DNA from: a virus
Lineage: Duplodnaviria > Caudoviricetes
Direction: 5' to 3' (one strand)
Length of the DNA: 34,769 nt
IMG/VR virus record: IMGVR_UViG_3300025844_000496
Coordinates: 1 to 34,769 of that record
The notes under the pieces are model-generated. The model was given only the letters and a program-made list of their open reading frames with translations. It made no database searches and was not told the DNA's origin. Shown here piece by piece: positions 8,971 to 17,877 of this stretch (within the stretch, counting starts at the first letter, position 1; the number at the start of each line of letters is the position of its first letter). A program made the translations under genes and the position numbers.

Positions 8971-9443
8971 GTTCCCACACCTTCTGCGATGGCTTCCAGT
9001 TTCACGAGCATCTGCGCATCGGTTTCGAGCCGTTGGCGCATCATGGGCACCAGGCGCTGCGCTTCCTTTTCATCGATCTGCCCATCGGCCAAGGCGCGCA
9101 TCAGTTCTGGATCGCACTGGCCGCGTTCTTCGGCCTGCCTGGCGAGCAGGTTGAGGATGGTGCCGCGATCGGCGGGCACGTCGGGCCGCTGCAGAAGGAT
9201 GTAGCCCGCCTGACGCGCGAGATAGCGGGTCACGATGGGATGCCCCGCCTTGCCGTGCGTGAGGCTTTCGAGGATTTCGATATCGCGCAGGGTGATCGAG
9301 CGATGGTCGTTCGGCGACTGGTACGCGCTGAAGAGCGATTTCGACTTGCCGCAGTCATGCTCCGCAGCTTCGACCCCGCCGGCGGCGGCGATCAGTTCAC
9401 GCACGGCGCGGGCCTGCCGCTGTTCCTCGACGGGCAGGCTCAT
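8967..9443 (-). CDS. Phage CII-like regulatory protein
   Basis: Directly downstream of cro; ALADGQIDEKE motif typical of the 186/P2 CII-like family. Confidence 0.6.
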   Translation of the reverse strand: MSLPVEEQRQARAVRELIAAAGGVEAAEHDCGKSKSLFSAYQSPNDHRSITLRDIEILESLTHGKAGHPIVTRYLARQAGYILLQRPDVPADRGTILNLLARQAEERGQCDPELMRALADGQIDEKEAQRLVPMMRQRLETDAQMLVKLEAIAEGVGT

Positions 9444-9814
9444 GCCGCACCGACGCGGGTGAAATGTTTGCGCGAAGCTTCACAAGACGGCGCGCCGGGG
9501 CGGCGTGTAGAAGCGTTTGTACGAACTAAAGGGGACCCGGCATGGCGATCGACGCCTTGGAAACGCTGCCCAACGTGCGCATCGACCATCGTCTCGCGGG
9601 GGTAGATGTCGGGGCGCAGGTCGTGGCGAGAGACGCCGTAGAGCTGTTCTGCGAGAATGACTTTACCATCCTCCGCAGGCAGCTGCTTCGAAGAGTTGAC
9701 GATGCGCGACATGGTCGATTGGGGGATCTCCAAGTCGCGACCCAGCTGACTGATCGAACCGGCTCGCTTCACGCAGAGCAAAAGGGCTTCGTATCGGGTG
9801 GGGCTGTTATCCAT
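9440..9814 (-). CDS. cro: Cro/YdaS-like HTH repressor
   Basis: AGSISQLGRDLEIPQSTMS helix-turn-helix, GVSRHDLRPDIYP motif; divergent from cI. Confidence 0.85.
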   Translation of the reverse strand: MDNSPTRYEALLLCVKRAGSISQLGRDLEIPQSTMSRIVNSSKQLPAEDGKVILAEQLYGVSRHDLRPDIYPRETMVDAHVGQRFQGVDRHAGSPLVRTNASTRRPGAPSCEASRKHFTRVGAA

Positions 9815-9888
9815 GAATGGGTAGCTACCCAAATTATAGTCACTGCGCAACCCAATATTGGCTAACGCCAAGCCACCCATTTGTGGAT
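9809..9888. promoter_or_regulatory. Four 14-bp operator-like palindromes (A(C/T)CCA-N4-TGGNT) and divergent promoters
   Basis: ATCCATGAATGGGT 9809-9822, ACCCAAATTATAGT 9827-9840 (degenerate), ACCCAATATTGGCT 9850-9863, ACCCATTTGTGGAT 9875-9888; leftward TTGCGC-17-TAGCTA. Confidence 0.75.
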
Positions 9889-9899
9889 AACTAGCGGGC

Positions 9900-10577
9900 A
9901 TGGCCGGGTTCAGATCTGATCGGATGGCGGAATTGCGCCAAAGGCTGGATATTTCCCAAGCGGAGCTTGGGCGGCGAACCGGTCATCCTCAATCGACCAT
10001 CAATCGTATTGAGCAGGGTTTGACGCGTAATCCGAATGGTGTCGCTGCAATCGCTCGCGAGTTGGGAACATCGGTGGAATTCCTGCTCGATGAAACCGAC
10101 GATCCCGGTCCGGCCGGTGCCCTCCAAGAACCGCGACGCAGCTATTCACCAGCGCCGCGCGATGACCGCGTCCTTGAAATCCCGGTTATAGATCTGGCCT
10201 ATGGGATGGGCGGGACCTATCTCGACGATGTCGACCCGGAAACGCGGCTTGAACCGTTCCCGCTGTCGTTCATCCGACGCTATACGAAAGCGAAGGCCGA
10301 GGACCTGGTCATCGCGGATGGGCTTGGTGACAGCATGGCCCCGACGATAGGATCGAACGACCAGATGCTGATCGACCGCAGTGTCGACACGGTACGGATC
10401 GCCGACCAGATATGGGCCTTCAGCTTCGGCGGCGTGGGGATGGTAAAGCGGCTGCGCCCGCGCCCCGATGGAAGCATCGCCATCCTGTCCGACAATCCAT
10501 CCGTGCCCGAAGATCGCGCTGTCGACGACGAATTGTTCGTGATCGGGCGCGTGGTCGCCATCGTGAGAAAAGTATGA
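9900..10577 (+). CDS. cI: CI-like repressor (XRE HTH + S24 peptidase)
   Basis: ISQAELG...QSTINRIEQG helix-turn-helix; GDSMAPT serine and VKRL lysine. Confidence 0.92.
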   Translation: MAGFRSDRMAELRQRLDISQAELGRRTGHPQSTINRIEQGLTRNPNGVAAIARELGTSVEFLLDETDDPGPAGALQEPRRSYSPAPRDDRVLEIPVIDLAYGMGGTYLDDVDPETRLEPFPLSFIRRYTKAKAEDLVIADGLGDSMAPTIGSNDQMLIDRSVDTVRIADQIWAFSFGGVGMVKRLRPRPDGSIAILSDNPSVPEDRAVDDELFVIGRVVAIVRKV

Positions 10578-11233
10578 AGCTGCCGTGCCCCGCTTGCCAC
10601 GAAGACATCGCACTGCTGGCAACGAAGTGTCCGCATTGCCACCATGTTCTGACCGAAGGGGAAGTCAAAGAAAGGCGGAAGAATGCCCTCGCCACGGGCA
10701 TAGGTTGTGCGGTCCTTCTGGTGGTTGCCATTCTGGGCCTCGCGTTCTGCGCATCGGGCGGCGATGGAGAGGTCAAACCTGACGTTGTCGAGACGAACAC
10801 TAGCGTCGTCGAAGACGCAGTAGATAGCAAAGCCGAGATCGATTCAGCTACCCGCGAGGCCGAAGCGACCTATGAGGCGATCGCCCTCCCTGCCGGTGCG
10901 CCACCCGCTCCGACAGCAGCTGTCTGTTCAACCGCGCTTTGTGCGACCCAGCAGGTATCGTTCGAGCGGCAAGACTGGCCGAATGCATGGAAGGGTGATT
11001 ACGAAGCGATGCGGAACGTCGCCTTTTGCCTCGGCTCCAGTTGCGATGGCGCAGTTCAGATCGATCAGGTGAGCAGCTGTGCTTGGCGCGCAGCGCTGGT
11101 CGAATTGAATCCGATGGAGGCCGGTGACCTTGACGGTCAGCAACTCCAGACCGAATGCGGCAACTTGACCGAAACCCAGATTCAGATCGCAATCCGGAAG
11201 GCTGGCGAATTGATCGAGCGTATTGGCGGTTAG
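10574..11233 (+). CDS. Zinc-ribbon membrane-anchored protein with Cys-rich exported domain, co-transcribed with cI
   Basis: ATGA overlap with cI; CPAC...CPHC, one TM helix, then several Cys. Confidence 0.75.
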   Translation: MKLPCPACHEDIALLATKCPHCHHVLTEGEVKERRKNALATGIGCAVLLVVAILGLAFCASGGDGEVKPDVVETNTSVVEDAVDSKAEIDSATREAEATYEAIALPAGAPPAPTAAVCSTALCATQQVSFERQDWPNAWKGDYEAMRNVAFCLGSSCDGAVQIDQVSSCAWRAALVELNPMEAGDLDGQQLQTECGNLTETQIQIAIRKAGELIERIGG

Positions 11234-12225
11234 GCGCTCTCGAGCTCGATCGACTGAACCATGCCCTGCGCCGAATAGTCGGTGCGAACGCTCTCTACGA
11301 GCCATGAGATGCCATCGATCCTGTCGCCCCAGCCAGACAGCGCGACCTTCATGTCAGGCTGCAGCGCGGGATCTGCGATCGCGAGATCGTATGTGAAGCG
11401 ATAGGGCATGCGCGCCGCGCGCCCGGCCGCCGCGGTGGCGGCCTGGCGTGCCTCGGCTTCGCTCGCGTAAACCCGCTTCAGCTTGCGCCGGTTGTCGCCG
11501 CCGACCTCGACCGTCCGACGACGCCCTGCATCCTGATCCTGCCACTGCGCCGCAGCGCCATCGTAATTCTCGCGATCGGCGCGATTGAACGACCAGCGCC
11601 AGCCATCGCGTTTGACCAGCAACTGGGCGCCCAGAGCGGTGCCATCGGCGGTCGCTGACTTGCCGATCGGCAGGAAAATCAGCTTGCCGCCCTTCCACGT
11701 AGCGATCGCATCGTAGCGGCGCCCGAGATCGGCGACGAAGGCGGCGTCGCTCTTGCCTTCTTGCTCGATCGGCTCGACCTGAAGCGCCGCGAGCGCACCG
11801 TCGACGCGGGCGGTGCTGCCATGGCGCGCGGCGATTTCATGCAGGAGTGCGCCGAGCGTGATGTCCTTCCAGGTCTTCGTGCGCCGCTGTCGCAAGAGGC
11901 CGGTGAGGTTCGCCGATCGCGCGCGAAAGGTGACGACATCGGGCGGACCTTCCTGGCCGACTTCGTCGACCGTGAAGCGCCCCTTGTCGAACAGCCCGAG
12001 CGCGACATCGGCACCCGATAGCCAGCCCATCGACAGGGTCAGCACGACGCCGGGATCGGGGATTGCCAGACGACCATCGGCATTCTGCAGTCGCACGTCG
12101 AGTTCATCGGCCTGGCCTTCGCGCTTTTCGACCAGCGAAAGGCCGACCAGGCGCGGATCGATCTTCTCGGCCAGATCCGCGCCGCCTTCCACCGCAAGGG
12201 CGATGGCAGCCTTGCGGGCGGTCAT
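11230..12225 (-). CDS. D: P2 gpD-like late control/baseplate hub protein
   Basis: ADELD, DKGRFTVDEV...GPPD, EQEGKSDAAF; follows U. Confidence 0.9.
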   Translation of the reverse strand: MTARKAAIALAVEGGADLAEKIDPRLVGLSLVEKREGQADELDVRLQNADGRLAIPDPGVVLTLSMGWLSGADVALGLFDKGRFTVDEVGQEGPPDVVTFRARSANLTGLLRQRRTKTWKDITLGALLHEIAARHGSTARVDGALAALQVEPIEQEGKSDAAFVADLGRRYDAIATWKGGKLIFLPIGKSATADGTALGAQLLVKRDGWRWSFNRADRENYDGAAAQWQDQDAGRRRTVEVGGDNRRKLKRVYASEAEARQAATAAAGRAARMPYRFTYDLAIADPALQPDMKVALSGWGDRIDGISWLVESVRTDYSAQGMVQSIELESA

Positions 12226-12662
12226 GTTGCGGGGTCCACTTCGGTCGCGACTGGCTGATCCGGGCCACGTTCGAGTTCGATGCGAAAGCCGATGTGGCGT
12301 GGAATGCCGCCTGCCATTATCGTAAGGTGGTCTTCATCCAGCCTCACGATGCGGTAGTGGCCAAGGATGCGGCCCAGCCCATCCATCAGCGGAAAGTGAT
12401 CGCCGGTGTCGGCCATCGCAGCAAGCACTTCCATCGCCGCGAAGTCCGCGCCGAGCTCGGGTACCAGCAGCCCCGACAGGCCGATGGTTTCCGGCCCGGG
12501 ACCGGTGAACTGCGCCGCATCGCGGGCGTCGTGCCGTTCGCTGAGGGCGTGACGCCACGAACGGCTGCGCTGCAGGTTCTGATAGGCTGCGCTGTCCATC
12601 CCGAAAATGAACATGCCCAGCGTCATCAGCTCGCGGGGAGAGGGGATGGGGCGGCTCGCCAT
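12222..12662 (-). CDS. U: P2 gpU-like tail protein
   Basis: LMTLGMFIF...QFTGPGPETIGLSG in the C-terminal part of ORF 12222..13499. Confidence 0.88.
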   Translation of the reverse strand: MASRPIPSPRELMTLGMFIFGMDSAAYQNLQRSRSWRHALSERHDARDAAQFTGPGPETIGLSGLLVPELGADFAAMEVLAAMADTGDHFPLMDGLGRILGHYRIVRLDEDHLTIMAGGIPRHIGFRIELERGPDQPVATEVDPAT

Positions 12663-14842
12663 CAGACGTCGTCCCTGTAGCTGCCGCGCGCGGCGATCGC
12701 CTGACGCCGTTCGAGCTCGTCGGCTACGCGGCGCGCGAGATCGCCCGAATTCTCGCCGGGCATCTGGTGAATATGGATCGTGATCGCCGCGGGGCTTGCC
12801 TGATTCGCCGTGCTTTGGCGTGCGGCGCCCGGGGCGGGTGCCATTGCAAGCGCACCGGCCGCAGCTGCGCCCGCCGCCATCCTGCCCGCTGCGCCCGCGA
12901 CGCGGCCCCGCTTGCGCTCGATCCCCAGCGCCAGACCTTCGCCCGTATGTTCGCCCATCGCCATGAAGACACGCGAGGGAGACTTGATACCAAGATAGTT
13001 CTTGAAGGCGGCGACGCCGTTTTTCGCGACCAAGATCAGCTTGCGGGCCAGCGCCATCGGATTGATGGCGAGCAACAGCCCCTGCATCATCGCGGTGCCG
13101 ATTCCCTTCAGCCAAGCGGGCGCGCCGCCGAGATAGCCCTTGATCGCATTCCAGGCGTTGAGGAAGGTCGCCTTGATCGTGTCCCAATGCTTGTAGATCA
13201 AGTAGCCCGCACCTGCGATCGCGACGACAAGCAGGGTGATGGCGAGAACCATCGGGTTCGCGAGCATCATCAGGCCCGCCTTCAGCATCCCCTTGCCCAT
13301 GAAGAGTGCGGCGGTGCGAAGGACCATGAAAGCCTTGGACGTCAGCCCGAGGCGCGACGACAGGGCAATCAGGCTCGACAGTGGTTTCATGAAACCGCCC
13401 AGCAGAAACATGCCAGCGCCGAGTCCGACCTTCAGCACGGCCAGCCCCGCGACCAGTTTCATCAGCGTTGCAGCGGCCTCGGGGTTGGCCTGGGCCCACG
13501 TTCCGACCTTATTCGCCAAGCCCCCGATCATTTCCATTGCAGACGTCATCGGCGGGAGGAGTTTTTGCCCCATGATGATCGCGACTGACGACAGGCTGCC
13601 TTTGAACGCCTCCCAATTCACCAGCGCATCGTTCAGCGCGCGCTGGTCAAAAGCATCGTCGACCGTGCCCGCTGAATTCATCGCCTTGCGCCGAATGTCT
13701 CGATAGACATCGATATTCTGCATAAGCGCCATGACGCCCTGGCGCGCCTGCATGTCCTCGAACGCGAAGCCGAGTTTCTTCATGTCGCCGCCTGTCGCCT
13801 TGTCGGTGACCAGCGCGATCGCCTCGAGCGAGGAATAGCCTTCGTCGGTCAACTTCTTCATGGCGGCGGGCAGGTCGACGCCGAAGTTCTTCTGGAAGGC
13901 TCGGATGGTGCCTGGCGCATTGATCTTCGCGAGCAGGTTTTGAATGTTGTTCGCGGCTTGGTCTTCGCTACCCGCCGACTTCATGGCGACCTGCAGAGCG
14001 GCGGACAGATCCGCGACGGCCGGCGCGCCCTTTTCCCCTAGAGCCTGCATCTGCGCGGTCAGCGCGGGGAAATGCCGCGCCATGTTTTTTACCTCGAACG
14101 CGCCCTCGTTGCCCGCGGCAGCCATGATATCGAAGATGCGCGCAGTCTGCGAGGCTGGAACCTTCAGGTTGCTAATCGCGGCATAGGCGGCGCCAGCGGC
14201 ATCCGGAACTTCAACTTTATAGGCAGTGGCGATGCGCCCGGTCGGGCCCATGATCTTCTCCGCCGCTGCAAGGCCAAGGCTATCGCCTCCTTTCGCCAGC
14301 AGCAGATCGAGACCCGCCCGAATGTCCTCGGGCATCCGCTTCGCGTCCTTGGCCATCGTGACCACCCGGCCTGCCAAACGGGCCGTCGCCGCATCCGTTA
14401 GGTTTGCCTTCTGCTGGATGTCGACCATGCCGCTGGAGAACTCGGCGGCGGACTTGGCAGCGAGGATCAGCGGGGCAGCTAGGGTAGCGCCCTGGGCCAT
14501 CTGTTCGCGGCCCGAAGCCATCATCGCGTCGCCGCGCGCGACCATCGCCCGCCGCTTGCCCTCAATCGCATTGAGCCGCTTGCGCTCGCCCAGCTCGCGG
14601 TTGGTGTTCTCGATCGCGCGTTCCAGCTGCCGCTCGCGATCGATCAGTTCGGTGACATTGCCCGATGCGCCTTCGAACTGGCGGCGGACGTCGCGCAACT
14701 GTGATTCGAGCCGCCGCCCTTCGCCGCGCAATTCGCCGAGCGAGCGGGTGCCCTTGCGGCCCAGCTGCATGATCGAGCGCAGACTGCCGGACATCTTGTC
14801 GATTCCGACGAAATCGACGACCAGCGAGAGCTTGTTCGACAT
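12662..14842 (-). CDS. T: Tail tape measure protein
   Basis: 726 aa, Ala-rich, hydrophobic segment, IYKHWDTIK and LGIKSPSRVF motifs; position after E/E'. Confidence 0.92.
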   Translation of the reverse strand: MSNKLSLVVDFVGIDKMSGSLRSIMQLGRKGTRSLGELRGEGRRLESQLRDVRRQFEGASGNVTELIDRERQLERAIENTNRELGERKRLNAIEGKRRAMVARGDAMMASGREQMAQGATLAAPLILAAKSAAEFSSGMVDIQQKANLTDAATARLAGRVVTMAKDAKRMPEDIRAGLDLLLAKGGDSLGLAAAEKIMGPTGRIATAYKVEVPDAAGAAYAAISNLKVPASQTARIFDIMAAAGNEGAFEVKNMARHFPALTAQMQALGEKGAPAVADLSAALQVAMKSAGSEDQAANNIQNLLAKINAPGTIRAFQKNFGVDLPAAMKKLTDEGYSSLEAIALVTDKATGGDMKKLGFAFEDMQARQGVMALMQNIDVYRDIRRKAMNSAGTVDDAFDQRALNDALVNWEAFKGSLSSVAIIMGQKLLPPMTSAMEMIGGLANKVGTWAQANPEAAATLMKLVAGLAVLKVGLGAGMFLLGGFMKPLSSLIALSSRLGLTSKAFMVLRTAALFMGKGMLKAGLMMLANPMVLAITLLVVAIAGAGYLIYKHWDTIKATFLNAWNAIKGYLGGAPAWLKGIGTAMMQGLLLAINPMALARKLILVAKNGVAAFKNYLGIKSPSRVFMAMGEHTGEGLALGIERKRGRVAGAAGRMAAGAAAAGALAMAPAPGAARQSTANQASPAAITIHIHQMPGENSGDLARRVADELERRQAIAARGSYRDDV

Positions 14843-14845
14843 GGC

Positions 14846-15043
14846 CTATTCCTTCCCCGCGCGGTGGCGGTTCCACCAGGCAACCGCGCGCTCGCGCCAG
14901 TAGATCAGCCGGTCGATCGGCATCGCCTCCAGTTCGGACAGGGGCCAGTGATAGATGCCGGCGATGTCATCCATCAGGTCCTCGGCTGTTGCTCCGCGAT
15001 CAACGCTTCCATCATCTGCCGCTCCGCCCGTGTCATAAAAAAA
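14846..15043 (-). CDS. gpE' extension produced by -1 frameshift (E+E')
   Basis: DDIAGIYHWPLSELEAM...WRERA motif in the -1 frame after a T7 run. Confidence 0.8.
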   Translation of the reverse strand, partial: FFYDTGGAADDGSVDRGATAEDLMDDIAGIYHWPLSELEAMPIDRLIYWRERAVAWWNRHRAGKE

Positions 15044-15369
15044 CCGCGCACCACTCCACCGACTTCGGTCAGATCGGCCGGGTCGAGCCGCAGGCATTCA
15101 TCCTCGGTCAGTACGGGTTCGCTGATGCGGGGAATCAGCTTCAGCAGCGCGGTAATGTCCATCCCGATCACGTCGGACAGGCTGAGGCCGCGTAGCTCGC
15201 CCGACTGGGGCTTGCGGAGCGTCAGCTTCTCGATCGTAGTTTCGCCTCGTGTGATCGGCTCGACCAGTGTGATCGTTTCGAAGGTGCCGGGCGCATTGCC
15301 CGCGGCCTTGGCGCGCTCCTTGCCTTCGGCGACCAAGGCGGAGGGGGTGTCGGCGGTGGTGTCGTTCAT
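14974..15369 (-). CDS. E: Tail assembly chaperone gpE
   Basis: ITLVEPITRG, LRKPQSGELRGLSL, LDPADL motifs. Confidence 0.9.
   Translation of the reverse strand: MNDTTADTPSALVAEGKERAKAAGNAPGTFETITLVEPITRGETTIEKLTLRKPQSGELRGLSLSDVIGMDITALLKLIPRISEPVLTEDECLRLDPADLTEVGGVVRGFFMTRAERQMMEALIAEQQPRT
15035..15045 (-). other. Programmed -1 ribosomal frameshift site GGT TTT TTT AT
   Basis: Seven-T run on the minus strand at 15037-15043; the -1 frame continues into gpE' as in P2. Confidence 0.8.
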
Positions 15370-15547
15370 GCGGGGCGTCCTTTGTTCTCTCTGGCCTACC
15401 GCTTCGCTGCTTGAGGCCGGGGATGCGGGTCAGGGTGAAACAGGCGGGGCAGGGTGGGCTGGCCGGTCAAAGGGGGAGAGGGAAGCCCGACCAGCCCGAT
15501 TCCGACGCCCGGCTGCCCCGCAAAAGGTCCGGACGCCGAAGGCAAAT

Positions 15548-16057
15548 TCAGTTCGCGATGATCGCCATGATCTCCGCGTAGCGATCGATACCGCCGACGA
15601 TGAAGCGTCCCGCGACCATATCGATCTCAACCTGCGGCACGCCGTCGACGACGCGGCGGTAGTAGGCGACCGCAACCTTGAATTCCTGCTCGGTATCGTC
15701 GCCCGCCTTGGACGTGCCCGGCGTGATCTCGGTAAAACGCCCGCCGATGAAGACTTCGACCGCCTGTGCGGGCGTGCCATCGTCTGCCTGGTAAGCGCCG
15801 GTCAGGCGCACGCGCACGCCGTCGACCCGGGTGGTGCCGAACTTGCGGATCAGCCGGGCTTCGTGCCCGCCCATCTTCAGCGTGGCTTCCATCGGCTCGA
15901 CGCCCAGGTCGATCTTGACCGATCCGATCATACCGCCGCCGCGATGTTCCTCGGTCGCGATGGCAAGCACCGGCTCTTCGTATTCCGACGCCACGCCAAG
16001 GTAGCCCTGGCCATCGACGTGGATGTTCATGTTTTTCAGCTTGCGTGGGATGCCCAT
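15548..16057 (-). CDS. FII: Major tail tube protein
   Basis: MGIPRKLKNMN, RGGGM, GAYQADD motifs. Confidence 0.93.
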   Translation of the reverse strand: MGIPRKLKNMNIHVDGQGYLGVASEYEEPVLAIATEEHRGGGMIGSVKIDLGVEPMEATLKMGGHEARLIRKFGTTRVDGVRVRLTGAYQADDGTPAQAVEVFIGGRFTEITPGTSKAGDDTEQEFKVAVAYYRRVVDGVPQVEIDMVAGRFIVGGIDRYAEIMAIIAN

Positions 16058-16121
16058 CGAAGGATTCCTTGTACGGGTTGGCAGGGTCAGGCGGTCGCGG
16101 TCGGGTTCCGGGGAAAGCCGA

Positions 16122-17309
16122 TCAGGTCAGCTGCTCGGCGAAGTCCGAATAGTAGAAATCGGTGATCACCAGATCGACGTTCGGGTTTTCCAGCGGCGCG
16201 ACCGGCGTGAACTGGACCCTGAATGTCGGGCGACCCTGGGCAAGTTCCTGCGTGCTGTTCTGGTCGGGGTCGAAGAACATTTCCGCGCCGATGATGCGGC
16301 CTTCGGTCGCCAGCTGGCGGAAGCGGGCGTTGCCGGTTTCGAGCAGATCCTTGATGAGGCCGAGCGTCATGGGCTGGTCGAGGAAAGGCGCGACGATCTG
16401 TTCGATCGTTTCCTGCAGCGCGTGACTGGTGCGGACCGCGCTTTCGAAGGCGAAGTTCGGCTGCTGGGCATCGGCGCAGGTGCGGTTGCCCCAAAGACGG
16501 AAGCCGTTCTGCCGGATGACCGTGGTGACCTCGCTCTGATTGAGCAGACCGGCGGCGGTCGAGGGATCGGTCAAATCGAAGTGCACGTCGTATTCGAGAC
16601 CGGTGACCCCGCCGAGGGGTACGTTGGAAATCGTCTTGTGCCAGCCCGTCGCTTCGTCGATCGCTGCACGCAGGCCCAGCGCGCGAGCGATGATGTCTCC
16701 GCCTCCCTGGGCAGTGTCGGGCCAGATGACCATGAGTTCGCGATCGGAGAAGTTGTCGCGATAGGTGATCGCTTCTGCTTCGGTCGCCGCGGGGGTGAAA
16801 CCGTCCGCGCCCTTCGCGCCGACATAGGCAAAGCCGCGCAGCTTCTTGGCGATGGTGACCAGTTCGGCGACGACCGGCTGCGTATCGAGGCCCGGTGCGC
16901 CAAGGATCGTCGGTTTGACGCCCAGCTTGGTCTGCGCGGCGAGCAGCGCCTGCAGACCGGTATAGGTGTTACCATCGGTTGCGCCGATCACGTTGAGGTC
17001 AGTCTCGTCCTGGTCCTCGCCTTCCGTGACCCGCACTACGACAATGATCGGGCTCGCCTGGTCGCCGATCGCGGTCAGCACCGAACCAAGTGTGCCGCCA
17101 TCGCCCGCCTTGCCTGCCGCGATGTCGGGCTGGCCCGAGATCAGCACAGGTTCGTTCAGCGGGAAGGCGGCATCAAGCGCAGCCTGCGCCTCGGCATCGC
17201 CGCTGCTGGTCGCGGTAGCGATGATGCCGATCACCGCGCTGGACAGCGCCGCCAGTGCGCGCGGGCCGGTGGCCGTTTCGGTCAGGGTCAGGCCGTGGTG
17301 GAAAGGCAT
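16122..17309 (-). CDS. FI: Tail sheath protein
   Basis: FPLNEPVL, KPTILGAPG, GWHKTISN, GFRLWGNRTC. Confidence 0.95.
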   Translation of the reverse strand: MPFHHGLTLTETATGPRALAALSSAVIGIIATATSSGDAEAQAALDAAFPLNEPVLISGQPDIAAGKAGDGGTLGSVLTAIGDQASPIIVVVRVTEGEDQDETDLNVIGATDGNTYTGLQALLAAQTKLGVKPTILGAPGLDTQPVVAELVTIAKKLRGFAYVGAKGADGFTPAATEAEAITYRDNFSDRELMVIWPDTAQGGGDIIARALGLRAAIDEATGWHKTISNVPLGGVTGLEYDVHFDLTDPSTAAGLLNQSEVTTVIRQNGFRLWGNRTCADAQQPNFAFESAVRTSHALQETIEQIVAPFLDQPMTLGLIKDLLETGNARFRQLATEGRIIGAEMFFDPDQNSTQELAQGRPTFRVQFTPVAPLENPNVDLVITDFYYSDFAEQLT

Positions 17310-17320
17310 TGTTCGTTCCT

Positions 17321-17701
17321 TCAGCTGGTCGCGCCGCGCGTGCGGCTCTGGTTCAGATCGATCGGGATGGTCAGGGTCTGCAGGCTGTTTGCTGCCGGCA
17401 GGTCGGTGCGGCGTCCTTCGATGCGGATCGTCAGCCGACCATCGGCGGGCTCGCCTTCAAGCTGGACGCGGGTCAGCTGCAGGCGCGGTTCCCACCGGGC
17501 GAGCGCAATTGCGGTCGCGGCATGGAGCAGCATTCGGATAGCGCCATTGATGGGCCGGTCGATCAGTTCGAACAGCAGCGAACCGTAGTCGCGCCGCATC
17601 GTCCGGCTACCCAGCGGGGTCGACAGGATGTCGGCGATCGACTGCGCCAGATGCGCGTCGCCCGAAAGTGGCTTGCCGGTGTTTCTGTCCATGCCCAACA
17701 T
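17321..17701 (-). CDS. W: Baseplate wedge protein gpW (gp25-like); alternative start 17713
   Basis: GMDRNTG, HLAQSIADILSTPLGSR, RRDYGS, WEPR. Confidence 0.92.
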   Translation of the reverse strand: MLGMDRNTGKPLSGDAHLAQSIADILSTPLGSRTMRRDYGSLLFELIDRPINGAIRMLLHAATAIALARWEPRLQLTRVQLEGEPADGRLTIRIEGRRTDLPAANSLQTLTIPIDLNQSRTRGATS

Positions 17702-17747
17702 GGCGCCAGACATCGCGCTTCGCGCGCGAAAGGCCAGCGGGCGGCAA

Positions 17748-17766
17748 GGTGGAACGGGGTTTCACC
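17748..17766. promoter_or_regulatory. Late-promoter palindrome (putative Ogr-like activator site) upstream of W
   Basis: GGTGGAA-CGGGG-TTTCACC; the same motif recurs at 26583 and 31506. Confidence 0.7.
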
Positions 17767-17877
17767 ATTCCGCCGGCACTATCGGCGGACTGACAAGCTC
17801 GCCGCCTAAGTTCGCGGCGATACCTCGCCAGATAGGCTCACCTCGCAAACGCTGGACACAAAGCTAGCGGACTCGAC

